DNA of 32,000 bases from an uncultured Chloroflexia bacterium (lineage in GTDB: Bacteria > Chloroflexota > Ktedonobacteria > Ktedonobacterales > JADMIN01). A program made the position numbers and the translations under genes. Every line of letters starts with the position of its first letter. The first letter of the stretch is position 1. This document shows positions 24,491-32,000 of this stretch, in pieces. The stretch is taken from positions 390,001-422,000 of the forward strand of contig CAVRAI010000015.1 in NCBI GenBank assembly GCA_963718915.1. Direction: 5' to 3'. The notes under the pieces were generated by a model. It saw only the letters and a program-made list of their open reading frames with translations, had not been told where the DNA came from and did no database searches.

Positions 24491-26594
24491 TTATGTGGCG
24501 GGCTGCCCATCTTCGTCGTCGATGCTGCGGCCTTCCTGGGCGCGCTGGAGGGTGACGGCGCTATTGATCAGGCCAATGTGGGTGAACGCCTGGGGATAGT
24601 TACCCAGCAGCGCCCCCGTCGCCGGATCCACCTCTTCTGAATAAAGGCCAAGCGGGCTGGCGAACGTCAGCAGATGCTCCATGCGGCGCTGGGCCTCCTC
24701 GATCTCGCCCATACGGCAGAGGTCGCTGACGAGCCACCAGGTACACGCCAGAAATGCGCCCTCGCCTCCGGGCAGGCCATCGATTGAAGAGAGGTCGTGC
24801 GGATTTCTGCGCTTGTGTCTGCCCGGCGTCGTCAAAAGGACGATAACGGTAGAGCAGGCCGCCATCTCCAGAGAGCCGTTGGGCGGTCGTCAGGATGGTG
24901 TCGCGCATCTGCGGCTCGCTCGCCTGCTGGAATCCTGAAAGCGCCAGGCGCAGGTTGGCGGAGTCGAGCACCCGGTCTCCATAGGCCTGGGTGAATGAAT
25001 GAATCTCCTCATTGTATCCACTCTGCTCGATCTCTTCCCGGATGGCCGCGCCCTGCTTGCCCCAGCGTGGCGCATGACGCGAATGATTATGGTGCTCGGC
25101 CATCTTGCAAGCGCGGTCGAGCGCGACCCAGCACATCGCCCGCGAATAGACAAAGGCTCGCGGCATGCCGCGCACTTCCCAGATGCCACGGTCCGTCTCG
25201 TGCCAGTGATTGGCGACGTAGTCCGCGATCAGTTCCGCCATCGTACGCAGGTCGCGCGTCGGCTCGTGGATGCGGCGCCCATGACGATAGCCCGCCTGCC
25301 GCAGGTAGCTATACGCCGCGGCGAGCACCTCGCCATAGACGTCCATCTGCCGCTGTGTCGCCGCGCCGTTGCCGATGCGCACGGGCTGAGAGCCTTGATA
25401 GCCTTCCAGATGGGTCAATTCCTGCTCGGCGAGGTGAGCGCCGTATTCGCCGCGAATGCTATACAGGATGCGCAGGTTATCGATGCGCTTGATGTCGAGG
25501 TCATGCAGAAAGTGAAAGTAGTCGCGCGCCTCGCCGTAATAGCCAAGCTGGCCGAGCGCCTCCAGTGTGAAGGAGGAATCGCGCAGCCAGGTGTAGCGAT
25601 AATCCCAGTTGCGCACGCCGCCGATGCCCTCCGGCAGTGAGGTGGTGGGGGCGGCGACGATGGCGCCGGTCGGCTCGAAGGTGCAGAGCTTCAGCGCCAA
25701 TGCAGAACGCAGCACCTGCTCCTGATAGGGGCCATCATAGCGGGTGGTGGCTGCCCAGGTATGCCAGTACTGCATCGTCTCGCGCACGTCGGCGTCCACG
25801 TCATGCGTGGTCAGCCTGTGCGCCAGCGCGCGCGCCTCGCCCAGCGTGCGGGCGTAATTGAGGCTGATGGCCACTCGCTCGCCTGCCTTGAGCGTGAGCG
25901 ATGAGCTGAGGATATCGCCGTCGACGTGGAGCGGGCCTGCGGCGTCTGATGCGGCGGGTGGCAGCGGGCGTACGATCAGCACGAGATAGCGCTTGTCCGC
26001 CGAGAGGATCGCTCCGACCATCCCACCTGCCAGCGACAGCATTTCCAGCTGCGACGATAAGCGGGCGTAGTCGAAGGTGGCCTTCAGCGTGATGGTGACA
26101 GCCACCGTCCCTTCGAGGCAGGTGGCAATACGCAGGATGCGATGGGCCGCGGCGACATCATTGCCGATCTCGCGTTCGAGGCCCGCATGCAGCCGGTGCA
26201 TCCCGTGATGCAGCAGCCGTTCGTCCACCTGAGATGCGACGTTCGCGGGGCTTGGCCGACGCGAGCGAATCGGCATGCAATCGATCAGACGAAGCTGGCC
26301 TGTTCCAGTGTCGAAGACCGTCTGCAACATATTCGTCGCGGGCAGATAGGCCATCTGACTGGCGAATCCCGCAGCGGGAGATACCTGAAAGTAACCACCT
26401 TTGTCGGCGTCGAGCAGCCTCAGAAAGATGGCGGGGCTGTCGAAGTGTGGCATGCAGCACCAGTCAATCGAGCCGTCCGGCCCGATCAGCGCGGCGGTAC
26501 GGCAATCGCCGATGACACCATAGTCGCCAATGGGCCGATAGCGAGGCCGCGCCGCATTCTGGGCCGCCTCAACGCGAAGTCCGGCAAGCTGCAT
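24491..26594 (-). pseudogene. GH15 glycoside hydrolase (glucoamylase/trehalase-related) with a +1 frame break near 24784-24837
   Basis: The 664-aa ORF carries the GH15 N-terminus YRPIGDYGVIGDCRTAALIGPDGSIDWCCMPHFDSPAIF and the catalytic domain up to LLYRYRP, then turns Arg/Gly/Pro-rich. The canonical C-terminus IDGLPGGEGAFLACTWWLV...LGLYSEEVDP..GALLGNYPQAFTHIGLINSA lies in the separate overlapping ORF 24491-24865. Confidence 0.8.
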
Positions 26595-26819
26595 CGTTGC
26601 ACCTCATTCGCTTTGCTAGTGTACCAGGATGTCGTCGGCACTGACGCACTCTGGTTGTGTCCAGCCACCATAGATACCATATCATACCGCGAGCGGTTAC
26701 TCCGGCTTGCATCGCCTGCTTTCTCTCTCGCACATGCCATGACTCCCCAAAAAGATCGCCGGATTCTCGGATGGGCATCCGGGTTCCGGCGAACGGTGCG
26801 GCAAAGCGCTATGTGTCTG

Positions 26820-27188
26820 CTATTCGTCCCAGGCCTGGACGAGCGTGTGATGGGCGATTTTGCCATCGCGCAGGGTCAGCAGGTTGGCGCTGAGGACGCG
26901 CACTCCGTCGGGGTACAGGCAGGCCTCGGTGAAGGCCACGCCATCGCCACCCGCGATAACATCGTCCACTTTGTGCGTCATGGCGCGCGAGCAGACATCC
27001 TGGTAATAGCCAGCGATGGCGCTCTTGCCGGTCAGCACGGTGGGCTTGCTGGGCGGCCGGTTACGGTCAACGATACGAATCTCGGCGTCGTCGGTGTAGA
27101 GTCCGACAAGCGTCGCCTCCTCGCCTTGTTCGATGGCGCGGCGCAGGGTGGTGATGGTAGTGGTGTCAATACTGTCCTGGGTGCCCAT
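26820..27188 (-). CDS. SnoaL-like / NTF2-fold family protein
   Basis: 122-aa ORF with GAGGAG 6 nt before the ATG. Size and pattern (LYTDDAEI...GKSAIAGYY...VAFTEA...L.LRDGKI) are typical of SnoaL-like cone-shaped small proteins. Assigned from sequence style only. Confidence 0.6.
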   Translation of the reverse strand: MGTQDSIDTTTITTLRRAIEQGEEATLVGLYTDDAEIRIVDRNRPPSKPTVLTGKSAIAGYYQDVCSRAMTHKVDDVIAGGDGVAFTEACLYPDGVRVLSANLLTLRDGKIAHHTLVQAWDE

Positions 27189-27485
27189 AGAAATCTCCTC
27201 TTCTCGTGAAAGCTTGCGCCTTCGACCGCCTGCGGCAGAATCTGCCGCCGATCACAAGCATCAGCGTACCTGGGATGGTCACACGCCGCATCGTGGAGGA
27301 CACTGAGATGCGCCCAGGTGTGGTACGGATATGAGAAGCCGTGTGAGAAGGCTTATGGATCAGCGCTCATGGAGGTCGTCACACGTTGACAACACCCATG
27401 CAGTGCTTTACGCTCTCACCGAGTCCGCTTCAACTTTTGAAGGATTGTTCACCAGCGCTGAGTGGCGCGAAGGAGCCTCTATTTT

Positions 27486-27899
27486 ATGCCAGGACCTCTC
27501 AATACTACCGTTCGCGCCTTCTTGGACGAAGTGCATTTTGGTACGCTGGCCACCGTGAATTCCCAGGGCATTCCTTCCCAGGTGCTTGTTTGGTATATGT
27601 TGGATGGGAGTGACATCCTCGTGTCAACGCCAGCAACCTCCTATAAGGTCCGTAACCTCCGGTCGAATTCCTGGGCATCGCTGAGTGTCTCCGAGGGTCC
27701 ACGGTACCTTACCGTGCGTGGGCGAACGACCATTGACGAGGATCCAGAGCGCGGCGCAGCGCTCTATCGCCAGATTGCCACTCGGTATCTTGGCGCTGAG
27801 GCTGCTGAACAATGGCTCGCACAATCCACCCGTAGAGGCGCGGCAGATCGCGTCACCCTGCGCCTGAGCATCGAACACATCGTCTCTATGCAGCGCTGA
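27486..27899 (+). CDS. pyridoxamine 5'-phosphate oxidase (PPOX) family, possibly F420/FMN-dependent
   Basis: FLDEVHFGTLATVNSQGIPSQVLVWY...ILVST...KVRNLRSNSWASLSV... is the PPOX split-barrel pattern. ATG 27486 (AAGGAG 10 nt upstream) is preferred over the ORF-track start at 27462. Confidence 0.7.
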   Translation: MPGPLNTTVRAFLDEVHFGTLATVNSQGIPSQVLVWYMLDGSDILVSTPATSYKVRNLRSNSWASLSVSEGPRYLTVRGRTTIDEDPERGAALYRQIATRYLGAEAAEQWLAQSTRRGAADRVTLRLSIEHIVSMQR

Positions 27900-27965
27900 G
27901 TGGTATTGATCAGCGGGAAACCCTTGCTTGGCTTGGACGGATAGAGGCGCGTGCCCTTTCTGATG

Positions 27966-29306
27966 CTACGCGCGTGGCTTGACCGTCATCGGAATTCCGC
28001 CCGGCATGACTTCGGTGATGAAGCCGAACTCGAAGGGACGCTCGGATCCGACGGGCGCCAGCTCGAACTTGCGCAGGACGTCGGTAGCGATAGCCTTGAC
28101 CTCGATGTTGGCGAAGTTGACGCCGATGCAGAGGCGTGGGCCGCCGCCGAAGGTGACGAGCGCGTACGGCGTTTTGCGATCCTCCTCGCGCGGCGACGAG
28201 AAGCGGTCGGGGTCAAATTTGTCAGGGTCGGCGAAGTATTGAGACATGCGATGACAGCCCGCGAGAGAGAGACGCACGTGGACGCCCGCCGGGATCGTGT
28301 AGCCAGCGAACTCGACCTCCCGCAGCACGCCGCGCGGGACATTCTGGACCGGGGAGTGGAGGCGTCCGGCCTCACGGATGAAGAGGTCAAGCTGGTGTAG
28401 ATTGCGGGCGGCCTCGACGGTAAGAGGGGCGGACGAGCCAGCGAGCTGCGAGTTCAACTCGGCCTCGACACGGGCGCGCTGCTCCGGCTCGGTTGCGAGC
28501 AGATAGAGCGTCCAGGCGGCGAGGGTAGTAGTGGTCTCATGTCCTGCGACGAGCAGGATATAGAGGTGGCCAAGTACTTCGTCGTCGGTGAGCGGTTGGC
28601 CCTGGTCATCGCGGGCATGGACGATCATGCCGAGCACGTCGCGTGTCTGGTCCTCGGGTATCGCGCGGCGTTCGGCGATGAGGTTGAGCAGGATGGCGTC
28701 CAACTCTTCCTTGGCAGCGATCGCGCCACGATAGTACTCCTCATAGGCGGATTCGTCGTTGCCAAAGCGCACGCGGGGGAGCAGGGCATAGAAGAGGCGC
28801 TGAAGCCGCTCGACCTCGTCGCTGCTGTCAATGCCGGCGAGGGCCCCAGCGGCGACATGGAAGGTGATCTCACGGGCCTCCTGAAAGACATCCACCTGGC
28901 CGCGCTCGGCCCAGTTGGCGGTATGCTGGGCGACGATGCGCTGGACGAGTGGGATGTAGCGCTCCATGTAGGCGGTCGTGAAGGCCGGATTCCACATTTT
29001 TCGGCTGCGGGCCCAGGCGGGATTGTCCTGGTTGAGGAGTCCCTGGCCCATCAGGTCGCCAATGATGGGTGTCCAGCCTTCATCGTGGCTGAAGACTTCG
29101 CGTTGCGTGTTGAAGACCATTTTGTTGGCATCCGCGCCGACAAGGAAGAGAACCTCGAAGCCAGCATCCGGGCCGCCAGCCATCTGCCAGCGGAAGATCG
29201 GCCCGATGCGCTCGGCCTCCCGCGCTATGCGGGTCGGCATCTCGCCAGACATCATATCCATCGGCCCTAGCTGCGTGACGGGGGCCTCACCCAACGGCTT
29301 ACTCAT
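27966..29306 (-). CDS. cytochrome P450
   Basis: Heme-thiolate loop FGGGPRLCIGVNFA, I-helix LLVAGHETTT, K-helix ExxR (EAGR). ATG 29306 gives a typical 446-aa P450; the ORF-track start at 29489 adds 61 Arg/Cys/Ser-rich residues. Confidence 0.9.
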   Translation of the reverse strand: MSKPLGEAPVTQLGPMDMMSGEMPTRIAREAERIGPIFRWQMAGGPDAGFEVLFLVGADANKMVFNTQREVFSHDEGWTPIIGDLMGQGLLNQDNPAWARSRKMWNPAFTTAYMERYIPLVQRIVAQHTANWAERGQVDVFQEAREITFHVAAGALAGIDSSDEVERLQRLFYALLPRVRFGNDESAYEEYYRGAIAAKEELDAILLNLIAERRAIPEDQTRDVLGMIVHARDDQGQPLTDDEVLGHLYILLVAGHETTTTLAAWTLYLLATEPEQRARVEAELNSQLAGSSAPLTVEAARNLHQLDLFIREAGRLHSPVQNVPRGVLREVEFAGYTIPAGVHVRLSLAGCHRMSQYFADPDKFDPDRFSSPREEDRKTPYALVTFGGGPRLCIGVNFANIEVKAIATDVLRKFELAPVGSERPFEFGFITEVMPGGIPMTVKPRA

Positions 29307-29598
29307 ACAGTTGTCTCGCCTCTCTACCAGACAGTACAGGCAATAGCGTCTGTGCGCCGCAACACAATGCATCGCAGTATCCAGCAGGTCACATGCCAGC
29401 GTATGCGACCGAATTCGCACGGAAATCCGCCCGTGCGAGACGCGCATTACAGAGGATGTTACCCCGGATTTGCCCTGTCTCGGAGGCATGTACGCATAAG
29501 TCGCGGTTGCGTTTCATCCTGCCATGAGGCGAGGCTCAGCAGTAGAGGGAGGATAAGCCAGGCTGCCGGGAGGAGTCTCCGTCACGCGAGCCGCACGC

Positions 29599-29627
29599 TT
29601 GATGCGCCTGCGCCTGTGGCATATAAT
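29599..29627 (+). promoter_or_regulatory. sigma-70-type promoter candidate for mnmA
   Basis: TTGATG (29599-29604), 17-nt spacer, TATAAT (29622-29627). It lies 60-95 nt upstream of the candidate mnmA starts. Confidence 0.45.
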
Positions 29628-29720
29628 AGGTCGAATGGCCGATAATTTCAGCATTGCATGTCAGGAGCATGGACGCGATAGCGGCCAATGGCGACGGGAC
29701 TCAGGAAAGCGGGCGAACCC

Positions 29721-30833
29721 ATGACACGTGTGGTGGTCGGTATGAGCGGTGGCGTCGATAGCTCGGTGGCGGCGGCGCTGCTCAAAGAACAGGGGTACGA
29801 TGTCGTCGGCATCATGCTGCGCCTCTGGGCCGAGCCACCTACGGACGGCGCGGACGAGGACACTGGCCAGGCGCGCGAAAATGCCTGCTGCTCCATCGAA
29901 TCGATGAGCGATGCACGGCGGGTCGCGGCCCAGCTTGATATCCCCTTCTACGTCGTCAACGTCGAGGAGCCGTTTCGCGAGACGATTGTGGACTACTTCT
30001 ACGACGAGTATCGCGCTGGGCGCACGCCAAACCCCTGCCTGCGCTGCAACCGTACGATCCGCTTCACGCTCCTGCTGGAGCGGGCGCTTGCCCTTGGCGC
30101 GGACTATCTGGCGACGGGACACTACGTGCGTGTGGATGATGACCCGCTTACGGGCCAGCGACGTCTGCGCCGGGCCAGCGATGTCGCCAAGGATCAGTCG
30201 TACGTGCTGCATGTGCTCTCGCAGTATCAACTGAGCCACGCGCTCTTCCCGCTGGGAGAATACACCAAGCCGGAGGTGCGCGCGATGGCGGCGGAGCGTG
30301 GCCTGCCGGTGGCGACGAAGGCGGAGAGTCAGGAGATTTGCTTCGTCGCCGCCAACGACTATCGTGGCTTCGTCCGCCGCTATGCCGAGGCAAGCGGCAA
30401 GCCTGCGCCTGAGCCTGGGCCGATACTCGATCTCTCAGGGCGACAGCTTGGCGCGCATAGTGGCCTGGCGAATTACACCGTCGGCCAGCGCAAGGGGCTG
30501 GGCATCGCCTCACGCGAGCCGCTGCACGTCTTGCAACTGGATAATGCGCGCAATACCGTCGTCGTCGGGCCAGCCGCCGCACTCGAACGCGAGCGCTTCA
30601 CCGTTCACCAGACGACATGGACACGCGATACACCGCCCGATGGCCAGGCGCGCGTCGAGGTCAAGGTACGCTACAAGGCGCAGCCAGTGCGTGGCCTCGT
30701 CACGCCGGTGTCTGATGGGCGCGCCGAGGTGGCGCTCGATCAGCCGATTCGCGCGGTGACGCCGGGACAGGCCGCCGTCTTCTATGTTGGCGCTGAGGGC
30801 GACGAGGTGCTCGGCGGCGGGCTAATCGAGTAG
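29721..30833 (+). CDS. mnmA: tRNA 2-thiouridine(34) synthase MnmA
   Basis: PP-loop GMSGGVDSS, catalytic Cys contexts NPCLRCN and QEICF, conserved ATGHY and KDQSY motifs. ATG 29721 gives the typical N-terminus MTRVVVGMSGGVDSS; ATG 29688 is an in-frame alternative. Confidence 0.92.
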   Translation: MTRVVVGMSGGVDSSVAAALLKEQGYDVVGIMLRLWAEPPTDGADEDTGQARENACCSIESMSDARRVAAQLDIPFYVVNVEEPFRETIVDYFYDEYRAGRTPNPCLRCNRTIRFTLLLERALALGADYLATGHYVRVDDDPLTGQRRLRRASDVAKDQSYVLHVLSQYQLSHALFPLGEYTKPEVRAMAAERGLPVATKAESQEICFVAANDYRGFVRRYAEASGKPAPEPGPILDLSGRQLGAHSGLANYTVGQRKGLGIASREPLHVLQLDNARNTVVVGPAAALERERFTVHQTTWTRDTPPDGQARVEVKVRYKAQPVRGLVTPVSDGRAEVALDQPIRAVTPGQAAVFYVGAEGDEVLGGGLIE

Positions 30834-30844
30834 TAGGCGGATTC

Positions 30845-31315
30845 TTAAATCTCCTTGCGCATGTTGATGGCGGTCGGCTTGTATCCCAGGTTCTCATACA
30901 GGCGGATCGCCACGCTATTATTGCCGAAGACGTTGAGGTCAATGTGATTGGCGCCGAGTGGCTTCACAGTGGTTTCTAGCGCCAGCATCGCCTCTTTGCT
31001 GTAGCCCTGGCCGCGGTACTGCTCATCGATGCCAATGAAGTAGATGAAGGCCCGCGCCTTCTCGCTCTCGACCAGTACCCAGAGGTCGCCCACGGCGTCG
31101 CCATTTCCCGACACGATTTTCCAGAAATAGTGGCCTTTGCTTGCCATACCGTCGGGTAGCAGCGTGTCGAACTGGTGCGCCGCCGCCTTTCGCCCCTCCT
31201 CCATCGAGATGCTGCTCACATTGGCAACCTCGCGGGCGTAGTCCTCGAAGATAGCGTCCCGCAGACGCTGGTATTCGCTTTCGGTCATCGGTCGAAGGAT
31301 GGTCGTTGTGGTCAC
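30845..31315 (-). CDS. GNAT-family N-acetyltransferase
   Basis: 156-aa ORF with GTG start. Acetyl-CoA motif A IGIDEQYRGQGYSKEAMLALE and C-terminal NSVAIRLYENLGY. Confidence 0.85.
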   Translation of the reverse strand: MTTTTILRPMTESEYQRLRDAIFEDYAREVANVSSISMEEGRKAAAHQFDTLLPDGMASKGHYFWKIVSGNGDAVGDLWVLVESEKARAFIYFIGIDEQYRGQGYSKEAMLALETTVKPLGANHIDLNVFGNNSVAIRLYENLGYKPTAINMRKEI

Positions 31316-31445
31316 GTGCCGCCTGCTCCTACTATTCAGTGATAGGCTGGCCCTTTTCGGATGAAAGCGCCGTCATGCTCCGACTGTAGTGTATCGTTCG
31401 CCTGGTGTCTAGCGCAATACTACACAAGACTAATGTGGAGGGCGC

Positions 31446-31883
31446 ATGCTGCATACATGTCCGATGATTTCCACGCCGAACTGGCAATGGCCTGGTCTTA
31501 TACAGGCGCCGGGAAGCTGGCTTTTGTTGGCGGTGTTGCTAGTCGTTGCCATTGTGTTGGCGCCGCGCGTGGTCTCCGCCGCTAGTTCCTTGCGCACGCG
31601 CATTCCGGTGGCGCTTACCTATGGGCTGGCGGCCATCGCGCTGCTGGCGGCTGTGGTGGTTCTCGCGCTCATCCTGCCAGCGTATCAGGATGCCACCCTG
31701 AAAGAGTTCCTGGGGTTCCAGCCCGGCGCGTCGTCCGCGGCGACCGATTGTGCCCTCGAATTTCTGAACGGCGCACAATTTACCGGCGCCGTATTCACAC
31801 AATTGGCGCTGTTGTTGCTGGCGCTAGCGCTGCTCAGTGGCGCGGTGTGCGTCTGGCTACGCACGCGATGGCGCAAGCAGTAG
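31446..31883 (+). CDS. hypothetical membrane protein
   Basis: 145-aa ORF with GGAGGG just upstream. Three to four hydrophobic segments (WLLLAVLLVVAIVLA, LAAIALLAAVVVLALIL, LALLLLALALLSGAVCVWL). No family recognised. Confidence 0.45.
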   Translation: MLHTCPMISTPNWQWPGLIQAPGSWLLLAVLLVVAIVLAPRVVSAASSLRTRIPVALTYGLAAIALLAAVVVLALILPAYQDATLKEFLGFQPGASSAATDCALEFLNGAQFTGAVFTQLALLLLALALLSGAVCVWLRTRWRKQ

Positions 31884-32000
31884 CCAGTTCCGCCAAGTAT
31901 GCTCTCCAGGCGTTATAATGGCGTAGGCTCTCTCAGCAGGGTCAGCAACGACGAGCGCGCCGGTTGTGTCGGGACTGCCCCGCCCGGCAATCCGGTCAGG

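Noticed and set aside
26142-27209. 355-aa plus-strand ORF spanning the GH15 N-terminus, the intergenic spacer and the SnoaL-like gene
   Set aside because: It runs antisense through two genes that have clear family signatures, shows no motif or SD, and staying open across 225 nt of spacer is plausible by chance at this GC content.
29352-29645. 97-aa plus-strand ORF in the P450/mnmA divergent spacer
   Set aside because: Its composition is Arg/Ser/Cys/His-rich, it has no SD, and it contains the predicted mnmA promoter. It is more likely non-coding.

Overview
High-GC bacterial chromosomal segment, roughly 60-65% G+C judged from a few hand-counted lines. I annotate 28 protein genes (27 intact, one frameshifted) and one tRNA. 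The lineage cannot be established from this window. Gene content and protein style (membrane-anchored Pro/Thr-linker proteins, long low-complexity tails on Lon and trigger factor) fit a Chloroflexota/Ktedonobacteria-like or similar high-GC organism; this is an unverified guess. The backbone is a minus-strand proteostasis cluster: tRNA-Leu(UAG), tig, clpX, lon, with no clpP. It is followed in the same orientation by two tandem paralogous ~10-TM proteins of a family I do not recognise, and a paired-hairpin element sits in their leader. Other content: a tightly packed five-gene minus-strand cluster (DUF1015, double Zn-ribbon, amine-oxidase-like flavoprotein, Cys4 mini-protein, SAM methyltransferase); a divergent Lrp/EamA pair; a pentapeptide-repeat protein fused to a degenerate pore-loop channel module, next to an output-less receiver; a GT2 glycosyltransferase with an in-frame 9-bp tandem repeat; a DUF58 + DUF4129 pair with no MoxR ATPase; a frameshifted GH15 glycoside hydrolase; a SnoaL-like/PPOX/P450 trio; mnmA; and a GNAT. 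I saw no CRISPR array, transposase, integrase, phage gene or recognisable defence system. The best candidates for something undescribed are the lon-linked paralogous membrane proteins with their structured leader, the five-gene DUF1015 cluster and the pentapeptide-channel fusion. Two genes (tig tail, GH15) show frame breaks, one at a short homopolymer and one in a window that contains short homopolymers, so assembly indels must be excluded first. All calls rest on reading the ORF translations and the DNA by eye; no database search or folding computation was run.
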